Source: Actinomycetes bacterium (GTDB lineage Bacteria > Actinomycetota > Actinomycetes > Actinomycetales > BWSM-131). From it: a DNA stretch of 47,286 nucleotides. The stretch lies in NCBI GenBank assembly GCA_046566325.1, contig JBKHWX010000236.1:1-47286 (forward strand). Reading direction: 5' to 3'. Shown here one piece after another: positions 10,193-19,093 of this stretch (positions within the stretch are counted from its first letter, which is position 1; every line of letters starts with the position of its first letter). The notes beneath the pieces were generated by a model, which was not told the origin of the DNA, did no database searches, and saw only the letters and a list, made by a program, of their open reading frames with translations. The position numbers were made by a program, and so were the translations under genes.

Positions 10193-10291
10193 GCGCGGCG
10201 ATGCCCTCCCGCTGGCGCAGCGGCCCGCCGTGCTAGAGTCGTTGCCCACCGACAGGGGCGCGGATGCGTCTCGCCGCCGGTGGTGTCGCCT

Positions 10292-10376
10292 GTCCGGGTG
10301 GCGGAATGGCAGACGCGCTAGCTTGAGGTGCTAGTGCCCTTTATCGGGCGTGGGGGTTCAAGTCCCCCTCCGGACA
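10292..10376 (+). tRNA. tRNA-Leu (anticodon GAG), class II with a long variable arm. CCA is not encoded.
   Basis: Manual fold. Acceptor GTCCGGG pairs with TCCGGAC. Anticodon stem CTAGC/GCTAG has loop TTGAGGT. T-arm is GGGGG-TTCAAGT-CCCCC. Discriminator base is A. Confidence 0.85.
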
Positions 10377-11091
10377 CACCACGTAGCAGTTCTTCTGTCC
10401 CTATGCCCCCGCCTGTCCCTATGCCCCGGCCAGGGGTGAGAGCAGCGACAAGAGCCCGAACCGCCGGGCGTCCGCGGGCACCGGTACGAGTCGCCGTGAA
10501 GACCCGACGGACGGGATCACCCGGTAGCGCGTGCACGGCCACCCCCGGGTGGTCCGAGGCGCCGGCGAGGTCCGGCATCAGAGCAGCGGCGAGCCCGTGC
10601 TCGACCATGCGCAGGTGCACCTGGAGGTCCGTCGAGGTGTAGCGCACCTCCGGCTCGAAGCCCGCATCCCGGCAGACCGTCACCGACCACTCCCGCGAGG
10701 TCGTGCCCTCCGGCTCCATCGCGAAGGGCCGCGCGGCCAGCTCCAGGAGCGAGGGGCGACCCCAGGCGCTCGGCAGGACGAGCCGCAGCCCGTCGTCCAG
10801 CAGGTCCTCCCGGTCGACACCCGCGAGCCGCGGCCGGGGGTGGCCCGGGTACTCCTCGCCGAGGACGACGTCGAAGTCGCCCCCGACGAGAGCCGGGAGC
10901 GAGAGCTCGGGCTCCATCTCGGTGACCTCCACCCGAAGGTCCGGGTGCTGTCGCCCCAGGGCGAGAAGCGCCGCCGGGAGAAGGGAGAGGGGCGCGGTCT
11001 GGAACGCGGCCAGCCAGGCCCTGGCGACCGACGCGATCGTGCCCCGGCGAGACAGCTCCACGAGCAGACGCAGCCGCCTGACGTCCAGCAC
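10318..11091 (-). pseudogene. LysR-family regulator with an in-frame loss of most of the wHTH/linker region, and a C-terminal read-through into the tRNA antisense strand
   Basis: MLDVRRLRLLVELSRRGTIASVARA joins directly to WLAAFQTAPLSLLPAALLALGRQHPDL. About 60 aa, including the recognition helix, are missing relative to the canonical LysR layout. The substrate-binding domain is otherwise intact. The last ~20 codons are antisense to the tRNA. Confidence 0.6.
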
Positions 11092-11180
11092 GCGGCCCTC
11101 GATCCATCAGATGCGCTTACGGGTCATCGGCAACTCTACGTGCTGGACCTGATGATCGGGTTCGTCCGAGACTTGGCCAT

Positions 11181-12206
11181 GTGAGCGACTGGTACACCAA
11201 CCCCGCCGCGCGCGGCTGGTCCTCCCCGCCCGCCGGACCCTCCGCCCGGTCCTTCCACGCCTCTCTGCCCGGCTACGCCCCCACGCCGCTCGTCGACCTC
11301 CCGGAGGTTGCCGCCGACCTCGCCGTGGGTCGGGTCCTCGTGAAGGACGAGTCCTCCCGCCTCGGCCTGCCCGCGTTCAAGGTGCTGGGTGCGTCGTGGG
11401 CCTGCAGGCAGGTCCTGGACAGCCAGCCGAGCGCCGTCCTGGTCACGGCGACCGACGGCAACCACGGCCGCGCCGTGGCTCGCATGGCCGCGCACTTCGG
11501 GACCACGGCGACGGTGTTCGTCCCGGCCGTGATGCTCGAGGGCACCGCCGCCCTGATCGCGTCGGAGGGTGCGGAGGTGGTCCGGGTCGACGGCGACTAC
11601 GACCAGGCGGTGCGCGCCGCGGCGGACTACGCCGACGCGGACGAGGGCCGGGCGCTGGTGCAGGACACGGCCTGGCCCGCGTACGAGCAGGTGCCCGCCT
11701 GGATCGTCGACGGCTACGAGACCCTGCTCGACGAGGTCGACGAGGCGCTCGGCCGGGCGCCGGACCTCGTCGCGGTCCCCGTCGGCGTGGGCTCCCTCGC
11801 GCAGTCCGTCGTCGCCCACTACCGCCGGCCGGGAAGGTCGCGCCCCAGCGTGCTGTCGGTGGAGCCCGACACCGCCGCCTGCGTCCTCGCCAGCCTGGCA
11901 CACGACCGGCCCACGACCGTCGAGACCGGCGCGACCGTCATGGCGGGGCTGAACTGCGGCACGATCTCGAGCGCCGCGTGGCCGGTGCTGCGGCACGGCT
12001 GCGACGCCGCCGTGGTCGTGAGCGACGAGGAGGCTCTGCGGGCGTCCTCGGACCTCCAGGCAGTGGGCGTCTCCTCCGGCCCGTGCGGCGCCGCCACGCT
12101 CGCGGGCGTCCGCGCCGTCCTCGCCGACCCGGGACGGCGAGCCGCCCTCGACCTGCCCGATGACGCGGTCGTCGTCCTCCTCAGCACGGAAGGACTCCAG
12201 TCGTGA
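11181..12206 (+). CDS. Diaminopropionate ammonia-lyase (PLP-dependent, YgeX-like)
   Basis: LVKDESSRLGLPAFKVLGASWA...TATDGNHGRAVARMAAHFG. GTG start. It is divergent from the LysR remnant. Confidence 0.75.
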   Translation: MSDWYTNPAARGWSSPPAGPSARSFHASLPGYAPTPLVDLPEVAADLAVGRVLVKDESSRLGLPAFKVLGASWACRQVLDSQPSAVLVTATDGNHGRAVARMAAHFGTTATVFVPAVMLEGTAALIASEGAEVVRVDGDYDQAVRAAADYADADEGRALVQDTAWPAYEQVPAWIVDGYETLLDEVDEALGRAPDLVAVPVGVGSLAQSVVAHYRRPGRSRPSVLSVEPDTAACVLASLAHDRPTTVETGATVMAGLNCGTISSAAWPVLRHGCDAAVVVSDEEALRASSDLQAVGVSSGPCGAATLAGVRAVLADPGRRAALDLPDDAVVVLLSTEGLQS

Positions 12207-13507
12207 CCACCCTCCGCATCGACCGTGCGAGGCTCTGGGACTCGCTTCTGGAGCTCAAGCAGATCGGCGCGTACCACGACGATGCCACCGGGCTGCAGGG
12301 CGTCCGGCGCCTCGCGCTGACCGACGCGGACGCCGAGGCCCGGCGGCGCTGCGTCGGCTGGATGCTCGAGGCCGGCCTCGAGGTGCGCGTGGACCGGATC
12401 GGCAACGTCTACGCGACCAGGCCGGGCACGGACCGCTCGCTGCCGTGCGTGCTGATGGGGTCCCACATCGACACCGTCGCCACCGGCGGCGCGTTCGACG
12501 GGACCCTCGGCGTCCTGGGCGGCATCGAGGTCATGCGCACCCTCGACGACGCCGGGGTGCAGACCCTGCGCGACGTCGAGGTGGGGTTCTTCACCGAGGA
12601 GGAGGGCATGCGGTTCGGGACCGACATGCTCGGCTCCGCCGTCACGGCGGGACGCATCCCGATCGAGCACGCCTGGCAGCTTCCCGACGCCGCCGGCGCG
12701 ACCGTGAAGGACGAGCTCGAGCGCATCGGCTTCGACGGGCCGGCGCACGAGCGCCGGCCCGGCCCCCACGCCTACATCGAGTGCCACATCGAGCAGGGGC
12801 CGGTCCTGGCCGACGCCGGCGTGCCGGTCGGCATCGTCGAGGGCGTCCAGTCCATCTCCTGGCAGCGGCTCACCGTGCACGGCGAGGCCGCCCACGCCGG
12901 GACGACGCCGATCGGCTCCCGGCACGACGCGGGCCTGGTCGCCGCGGCCGTCGTCCTCGAGGCTCGTCGCATGTGCGACAGCGGCGGCTACGGCCAGCTG
13001 CGCGCCACGGTCGGGAGCTTCGACATCGGCGAGGGCCAGACGAACGTCGTCCCGCACCGGGCCGTCATCACCGTCGACCTGCGCAACCCGGACGACGCGA
13101 TGATGACGAAGGCCGAGAAGGACCTCGCCGAGTACGTCGACGCGCTGGCGGAGCAGCACGGCGTCACGGTCGAGTGGGAGCGCATGGCCAAGACCGCGGT
13201 CGTCCCCTTCGACCCCGCCGTGCAGGACCTCCTGGCGCGCACGGCGGAGGAGCTCGGCCTCGGGTACGTGAGGACGATGAGCGGCGCCGGGCACGACGCT
13301 CAGGAGATCGCGGCCATCTGTCCCACCGCCATGGTCTTCGTGCGCGGCGAGAACGGGGGCATCAGCCACACGCCACGCGAGTACTCCACGCCCCAGTCGT
13401 GCGGAGACGGCACTGACGTGCTCGCGAACGCCGTGCTCAGCCTCGCGAACCGGCCCGGACCCGGACATACTTCCCCGCCGAGCGGCAGCCTTCGGTCGCG
13501 AGGCTGA
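12203..13507 (+). CDS. M20-family Zn-dependent amidohydrolase (allantoate amidohydrolase / N-carbamoyl-L-amino-acid hydrolase type)
   Basis: RLALTDADAEARRRCVGWMLEAGLEVRVDRIGNVYATRPG...LMGSHIDTVATGGAFDGTLGVLGGIEV. It overlaps the upstream gene by 4 nt. Confidence 0.8.
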   Translation: MTTLRIDRARLWDSLLELKQIGAYHDDATGLQGVRRLALTDADAEARRRCVGWMLEAGLEVRVDRIGNVYATRPGTDRSLPCVLMGSHIDTVATGGAFDGTLGVLGGIEVMRTLDDAGVQTLRDVEVGFFTEEEGMRFGTDMLGSAVTAGRIPIEHAWQLPDAAGATVKDELERIGFDGPAHERRPGPHAYIECHIEQGPVLADAGVPVGIVEGVQSISWQRLTVHGEAAHAGTTPIGSRHDAGLVAAAVVLEARRMCDSGGYGQLRATVGSFDIGEGQTNVVPHRAVITVDLRNPDDAMMTKAEKDLAEYVDALAEQHGVTVEWERMAKTAVVPFDPAVQDLLARTAEELGLGYVRTMSGAGHDAQEIAAICPTAMVFVRGENGGISHTPREYSTPQSCGDGTDVLANAVLSLANRPGPGHTSPPSGSLRSRG

Positions 13508-13534
13508 GCACGCGCTCCTGCTTGGACCCTCTCG

Positions 13535-13813
13535 ATGGTGGAGTTCTCCGCCCACGGGACGACCGATGCCACCCTGGACGAGGCGGGGCAGGGTGGCGCC
13601 GTGGAGACCGCGACCTACTCGGTCGAGTTCGTCCGCAGCGGCCACGGCTTCCCGTCCGGCGAGGACGACAGCGTCCTCGACGCTGCCTATGCCGCGGGCC
13701 CGAGCCCCTTGTCCTCGTGCGGGGAGGGAGTATTCGGCACCTGCAGGACGGCAGACGGAACAAGGTCCTGATCTGCTGCTCGAAGCCGCTGCGACTTCAC
13801 GATCGACGCCTGA
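13535..13813 (+). pseudogene. Remnant of a plant-type 2Fe-2S ferredoxin domain (C-terminus of a PDR/VanB-like reductase). It is frameshifted and carries a deletion.
   Basis: YSVEFVRSGHGFPSGEDDSVLDAAYAAGPSPLSSCGEGVFGTCRT, where the second Cys of the CxxxxCxxC motif is replaced by Phe. KVLICCSKPL follows in a second frame, then CDFTIDA* back in the first frame. There is no upstream reductase domain. Confidence 0.55.
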
Positions 13814-13995
13814 ACAGAGCCGCCGTCCGAACTGCCGCTCGGCGTCCTCCGCGAGATGCGCGCGGGCCCGCAGAGCTCACTCCCGTAGCGAGGTCTTTGG
13901 CCCATTCACGAGTGTTGCCACCGCTTGCGAAGCGCCGCCCACACGGCGACTCTTTTCCCCTACTCTGGCTCAGCCGCCGAGGTGAGGACCTTGCC

Positions 13996-15645
13996 ATGAC
14001 GCAGACCGCAAGCGCGCACCATTCCCTCAACGACGAGCAGGTTGGTTACAAGCAGTCCCTCGGCCGCCGGCACGTTCAGATGATCGCGATCGGCGGGGCC
14101 ATCGGGACCGGGCTGTTCCTCGGCTCGGCCTCCCGGCTGAACAGCACTGGACCGGCGCTGCTGTTCAGCTACGCCGTCGTCGGCGTGATCGCGTACTTCC
14201 TGATGCGCGCGCTCGGCGAGCTGGTCCTGCACCGGGCGACGTCGGGAGCGTTCGTCTCCTACATGCGGGAGTTCTACGGTGAGAAGTGGGCCTTCGTCAC
14301 CGGCTGGATGTACTGGCTGAACTGGGCCCTCACCGGGATCGCCGAGCTCTCGGCGGTCGGGCTGTACGTGCAGTTCTGGTTCCCGCTGATGCCCACGTGG
14401 GCCACGGTGCTCATCGCTCTCGCGGTGGTGCTGGTGATCAACCTGCTGTCGGCCCGGGCCTTCGGGGAGTTCGAGTTCTGGGCGGCGATCCTGAAGGTCG
14501 GCGCGATCGTGATCTTCTTGGCAGTCGGCACCGTCATGGTGGTCGGCGGGTTCAGCATCGGGCGGCACGAGGCCGGGTTCTCCAACATGTGGAACAACCC
14601 AGGTGGGTTCTGGCCCTCCGCCGGGGACTACAACTGGTACGGACCGGTCCTGGCAATGTCCGGAGTGGTGTTCGCGTATGCGGCCATCGAAATGGTGGGG
14701 GTGGCAGCCGGGGAGATGGAGGATGCGAAGACCGAAGTGCCCAAGGCGGTCAACGCGGTCGTCTTCCGGATCGCCGTCTTCTACTGCGGCTCCATCCTGC
14801 TCCTGGTGTCGATGCTGCCTACTACTCAGTACACCGCCGGCACGAGCCCCTTCGTGACCGTCTTCGAGCGGATGGGCCTGACGTGGATGAGCACCCTTAT
14901 CCAGCTCGTGCTCATCGTCGCCGCCCTGTCCAGTCTCAACGCGGGCTTGTACTCCACAGGACGGGTATTGCGCAGCCTGGGCATGTCCAAGCAGGCGCCG
15001 ACCTTCACCCTGAAGATGAGCGCCTCCGGGGTGCCCTGGGCAGGCATCGTGATGACCTCGGTCGTGTACGTGCTCGGCTCGGTGCTGAACGCCCTCGCAC
15101 CGAACGCGTTCGAGATCGCCCTGGAGGCAGCGGCGATCGGCGTGGTCTTCACCTGGGGCACCATCTTCGCCAGCCAGCTCCGGCTGCGGCAGCTGTCCGA
15201 CCGGGGGGTGATCCCCGCAAGCCCGTTCCGCATGCCGGGCTCCCCGTACACCAGCATCATCGGGTTGGTGTTCCTCGGGCTGGTCATCGTGGGTATGGCC
15301 ATCGCCGGCTGGCAGAGCTCGCCGTACTTCTCGCACAAGGTCACCTTCTTGGTGGTCGTCTTCGGGATTCCGATCATCGCCGCGGCGCTTGCCATCGGCT
15401 GGAAGCTGGTGAAACCCGCCGTCGTGGCCAACACGGGCGGAAGGATCGAGGCGGTCTGGTCGAACGACGGGCCGACCTACGGGCGGGGGGTCGACGCCGA
15501 CGACCTCGACGTGGCCGAGCACGCCGTCGTGCTCGAGCACGACGCTGCCCGCGCGCTCGCGGAGCGTGACCCCGTCCTCCGACACGAGGCTGCGCGGGAG
15601 CGCGACGAGCGTCGGCACGACGAGGACGGGCAGGAGCCGCGGTGA
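13996..15645 (+). CDS. AAT-family amino acid permease (AnsP/CycA-like) with a ~70-aa hydrophilic C-terminal extension
   Basis: MTQTASAHHSLNDEQVGYKQSLGRRHVQMIAIGGAIGTGLFLGSA...SGAFVSYMREFYGEKWAFVTGWMYWLNW. The ATG at 13996 is chosen; the upstream part of the track ORF is Arg-rich non-coding sequence. Confidence 0.85.
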   Translation: MTQTASAHHSLNDEQVGYKQSLGRRHVQMIAIGGAIGTGLFLGSASRLNSTGPALLFSYAVVGVIAYFLMRALGELVLHRATSGAFVSYMREFYGEKWAFVTGWMYWLNWALTGIAELSAVGLYVQFWFPLMPTWATVLIALAVVLVINLLSARAFGEFEFWAAILKVGAIVIFLAVGTVMVVGGFSIGRHEAGFSNMWNNPGGFWPSAGDYNWYGPVLAMSGVVFAYAAIEMVGVAAGEMEDAKTEVPKAVNAVVFRIAVFYCGSILLLVSMLPTTQYTAGTSPFVTVFERMGLTWMSTLIQLVLIVAALSSLNAGLYSTGRVLRSLGMSKQAPTFTLKMSASGVPWAGIVMTSVVYVLGSVLNALAPNAFEIALEAAAIGVVFTWGTIFASQLRLRQLSDRGVIPASPFRMPGSPYTSIIGLVFLGLVIVGMAIAGWQSSPYFSHKVTFLVVVFGIPIIAAALAIGWKLVKPAVVANTGGRIEAVWSNDGPTYGRGVDADDLDVAEHAVVLEHDAARALAERDPVLRHEAARERDERRHDEDGQEPR

Positions 15646-16499
15646 TGACAAGGTTGCGGCGAGCGGTCGTCCTCGCTGCGCTTCTCGGAGCGACCCTGAC
15701 CGCCCTGACCGGCTGCGGCGGCTCGAGCGAGGGCCCCAACCAGAACCCGACGCAGGTGCCCGGCGCGACCAAGCTCGACAAGCTGACCATAGGGATCTCG
15801 TTCGACCGGCCCGGCCTCGGGTTCAAGGACGGCAATACCTACAGCGGATTCGACGTGGAGACCGCGAAGTACATCGCCAAGGCCCTGGGCGTACCGGAGT
15901 CCGGCATCACCTGGGTCGAGGCCGACCCGGGCAACCGCGAGTCGTTGCTCACCAGTGGCAAGGCGAATCTGGTGCTCTCCACCTACACGATCACCGAAGC
16001 CCGTAAGCAGGTCGTCGACTTCGCGGGTCCTTACTTCCTCGCGCACCAGGATCTCCTCGTGCGACGCAACGAAACCGAGATCACCGGACCGGAGACTCTG
16101 GACCGCCGGAAGCTCTGTTCCGTGCCGGGGACCACATCTGCAGAGAACGTGCTCAGGTTCTACCGGGGGCGCATCGAGCTGAAGGAGTTTCCCCGGTTCT
16201 CCGACTGCGTGAAGGCGCTCGCGAACAGCGAGGTCGACGCGGTGACCACGGACGACGTGATCCTCGCCGGTTACGCCGCCGAACCGCAGTACCGCGGCAA
16301 GCTCAAGGTCGTGGGCAAGGGCTTCTCCGACGAGAACTACGGGGTCGGGATCAAGAAGGGTAACGAGGCCCTGGTGAAGCAGGTGAACGAGGCGCTGAAA
16401 CAGTACGTGGCCGACGGGTCATGGGCGGCGGCGCTGCGGATGACCGTAGCGCCCTCCGGCTACCAGCTGCCGGCCCCACCGACACCGGGCACTGCCTGA
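15642..16499 (+). CDS. Family-3 ABC-type amino-acid (glutamate/glutamine-like) substrate-binding lipoprotein. No ABC partners are present in the window.
   Basis: Lipobox LTALTGCGG, then LTIGISFDRPGLGFKD...GFDVETAKYIAKALG...DAVTTDDVILAGYA. Its start overlaps the permease stop (GTGATGA). Confidence 0.8.
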   Translation: MMTRLRRAVVLAALLGATLTALTGCGGSSEGPNQNPTQVPGATKLDKLTIGISFDRPGLGFKDGNTYSGFDVETAKYIAKALGVPESGITWVEADPGNRESLLTSGKANLVLSTYTITEARKQVVDFAGPYFLAHQDLLVRRNETEITGPETLDRRKLCSVPGTTSAENVLRFYRGRIELKEFPRFSDCVKALANSEVDAVTTDDVILAGYAAEPQYRGKLKVVGKGFSDENYGVGIKKGNEALVKQVNEALKQYVADGSWAAALRMTVAPSGYQLPAPPTPGTA

Positions 16500-16544
16500 G
16501 GATCCCTCGGCATCGCCGCTTGCCCGGGCCCGTCCGAAATCCCG

Positions 16545-18407
16545 TCATTCCCGCTCCCGCGACGCCCACTCCTCGACCGCAACATAGTTCGACACGTTGT
16601 CCATCCGTCGCTGGACCAGGGCGATCTCGCGCACGGCCTGCTCTATCACCGTGCGGTCGAGGGGAGACAGCCGACCCAGCGTGACGAGGTCGCTCGGCCG
16701 CTCCCCGGCCTGGTACTGGTGCATCTGGTGTCTCAGGCGCAGCCCTTGCAGCACTTCGAACACGTCGATCAGCGTGCTGGCCGCTTCCGCGGGCAGCATC
16801 GCCGACCCCGACGCCGCCTCTAGCCGCTCGATGGTCGGCAGGACAGCCGAGCCGGCGCTCAGCGCCGCCCAGCGGGCGATGTTCACGACCGGCAGCAGCG
16901 CGTGCGACTTGAGGTCGAACGTCTCACGCCGCCGAGCGGGGAACCAGGCCGACCGCAGCTTCGCCCGGTACGACAGCGACTCGCGGAGCAACAACCGCAT
17001 CGTTGCGGGGTGCTCGCGCAGGTCGCTGACGACGCGGGTCACCGCTGGGAGGCCGGGGTCGCCGTGGATGGGGCGCGCGTCCACCAGCAGTGAGGTCATC
17101 ATCGCCCCGTTGTGTTCGGCCGGTGCGGCCAGCCACTCCTTTCCCGCGGTGCGCCAGTCGGCGTTGGTCCGGGCGAACGGGGCGCGCTGGGCGATGGCGC
17201 CGTGGTCGTCGGCGCTGAGGCCGGCCGTGGCTAGTACCTTGTAGACCTCCGCGAACGCGGCCCGGTAGGCCACGATGGCGTCTGGGCCGACGGCGTCGTC
17301 GAACGCGACGGCGGAGTCGACGTCTGAGCTCAGAACGGCTTCCCGGCGGCCGTTGCTGCCCAGCGACAGCCAGGTGAAGGCATCGACCGACAGCTCGGGG
17401 TGCCGTGCGAACACCAGGCCTATGGCCTGTCGAACGATGGTGTCGAGGAAGCTGGAGTAGACGGCGATAGCCCTGGTGGAGGCGAGGCCGCGGGACATCA
17501 GGTCGCCGAGCACGCGCGGAACACGACCGGCGAAGGTGGCCAGGTCGTCGATGCTGGTGGCCCGGCGCATCCGCTCGTGCAGTGAGACGCCGACCGTGAT
17601 GGGGGAGATGGCGAAGTCGCGGGGGCAGACGACCCCGTGCAGCCGACCGGTCCGGTCCGTGACCAGCAGGTACTCCGCGTCTCGCTCCAGCATCAGGATC
17701 AACGCCTCCGCGGCGGAGTCGCACGCGTCCACCGTCGGCACAGTCGTGTCCAGGATCTGGTGCACGCGGGTGGTGGTCGGCCGACCGGCGGCCAGAACCT
17801 CCGCGCGCAGCACCGAGTCCGTGACCAGTCCGAGGTGTTCGGCCTCGATCCGGACCACTGCCGCTGGCACACCCTGCTCCGTCATTCGCGCGGCGACCTC
17901 GGTGACAGAGGCCATTCCGTCGACTACCAGCGGTTCTCGCTCGATCAGCTCGTCGACGCTGCCGTACGTCGGGATGTCGGCGGCGCGCGGACTTGCCGAG
18001 ATGGTCTCGGCCAGAAACCGTGCTCCACGGCGGGTGGCGAAGGCCGGTCCGGCAAGTGCTCCGGGGATCCGGGCCACCGTGGCCCCGCCGGCTGCTACCG
18101 CGCGCGGACCGATCGATCGCTCCGTCAGCATGGCCGAGAATCCGAACAACTGACCCGGTTCGAGGACCTCGTCGGGTTGGGTCAGTACCCCGTGGCGGTC
18201 GTTCCACTGCAGGTTCACCTGCCCTGCCAGGACGACGAACACCTCGTCCGTTGGCTTGGTGAAGGCGTCGTGGATAAGGGCGCCACCGTGGAACCTCTCC
18301 ACCCGCGCTCCGCGGACTACCTCCTTGAGCGCGTCGGGGCCGAGCGAGTCGAAAGGCGGACGCTCAGCAAGGAAGGCTGCCAGATCTGCCGCCTCCACGG
18401 CGGTCAT
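16545..18407 (-). CDS. cNMP-binding / tandem CBS / DUF294 nucleotidyltransferase protein (paralog 1)
   Basis: N-terminal cyclic-nucleotide-binding fold, a CBS pair, the NTase motif LGSNGRREAVLSSDVDSA, and a DUF294_C-like helical C-terminus. Confidence 0.8.
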   Translation of the reverse strand: MTAVEAADLAAFLAERPPFDSLGPDALKEVVRGARVERFHGGALIHDAFTKPTDEVFVVLAGQVNLQWNDRHGVLTQPDEVLEPGQLFGFSAMLTERSIGPRAVAAGGATVARIPGALAGPAFATRRGARFLAETISASPRAADIPTYGSVDELIEREPLVVDGMASVTEVAARMTEQGVPAAVVRIEAEHLGLVTDSVLRAEVLAAGRPTTTRVHQILDTTVPTVDACDSAAEALILMLERDAEYLLVTDRTGRLHGVVCPRDFAISPITVGVSLHERMRRATSIDDLATFAGRVPRVLGDLMSRGLASTRAIAVYSSFLDTIVRQAIGLVFARHPELSVDAFTWLSLGSNGRREAVLSSDVDSAVAFDDAVGPDAIVAYRAAFAEVYKVLATAGLSADDHGAIAQRAPFARTNADWRTAGKEWLAAPAEHNGAMMTSLLVDARPIHGDPGLPAVTRVVSDLREHPATMRLLLRESLSYRAKLRSAWFPARRRETFDLKSHALLPVVNIARWAALSAGSAVLPTIERLEAASGSAMLPAEAASTLIDVFEVLQGLRLRHQMHQYQAGERPSDLVTLGRLSPLDRTVIEQAVREIALVQRRMDNVSNYVAVEEWASRERE

Positions 18408-19093
18408 GCTGTCACATCCCGGCTGACGTGATGTTCACGTCCGACGCGCCCATCGTCGGGGTAGACGAGGTCGGCGACGGTGACCGCACGGAGCCGGACC
18501 GCCATCACCAGCATCAGCTCCGCGGTGGTGAGCGCGTCACCTATGGCGTGGTGAGGGCTGTGCGGCTCCAGTCCGACACTGACGGCGGTCCGCTCCAGCG
18601 ACGGCTCATGGCCCGGGAGCGCTTCGCGGTCCAACCCGGCCGCGCGCACCAGCCCTGCGGTGTCGACCACCGGCCCAACCAGCCGAGTCCCGATCCGGCG
18701 AAACGCCCTGGACAGGAACGCGCGCTCGATCCATGCGGCGTGGGCGACCAGCACCCGGCCGTCGAGCAGATCGGCGAGGACGGGCAACGCTTCCGCCTGG
18801 CTCGGTGCGTCAGCCAGGTCCGCAGGGCGCAACCCGTGGATGCACACCGAGCGCATGGAGACGTCGCAGCCAGGTCGGACGATCTGGTAGGCGCAGTCGC
18901 CCACGCGCACCCTGCCGTCCACGACGCATACCGCTCCGAACGAGACGATCGAGTCGCGGCGCAGATCAAGCCCGGTGGTCTCGACGTCGACCACGCAGTA
19001 CTCCACCTCTCGCCACGGCCGGCCGAGCAGGCGCCTCGGCGGCCCGCACCGGGTACCCCGCCACGGGAACCGCTTTACCCACCACTCGCTCAC
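18404..19093 (-). CDS. DnaQ/epsilon-like 3'-5' exonuclease
   Basis: Exo motifs VVDVETTGL, HAAWIERAFL and HHAIGDALTTAEL. It has 4-nt overlaps with both flanking DUF294 genes. Confidence 0.8.
   Translation of the reverse strand: MSEWWVKRFPWRGTRCGPPRRLLGRPWREVEYCVVDVETTGLDLRRDSIVSFGAVCVVDGRVRVGDCAYQIVRPGCDVSMRSVCIHGLRPADLADAPSQAEALPVLADLLDGRVLVAHAAWIERAFLSRAFRRIGTRLVGPVVDTAGLVRAAGLDREALPGHEPSLERTAVSVGLEPHSPHHAIGDALTTAELMLVMAVRLRAVTVADLVYPDDGRVGREHHVSRDVTA

Noticed and set aside
10292-10430. tRNA-Leu as the attachment site of a genomic island containing the novel operon.
   Set aside because: - There is no integrase, excisionase or transposase anywhere in the window.
- I found no direct repeat of the tRNA 3' end.
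- The operon lies 16 kb away, behind clearly core metabolic genes, and I noticed no obvious compositional break.
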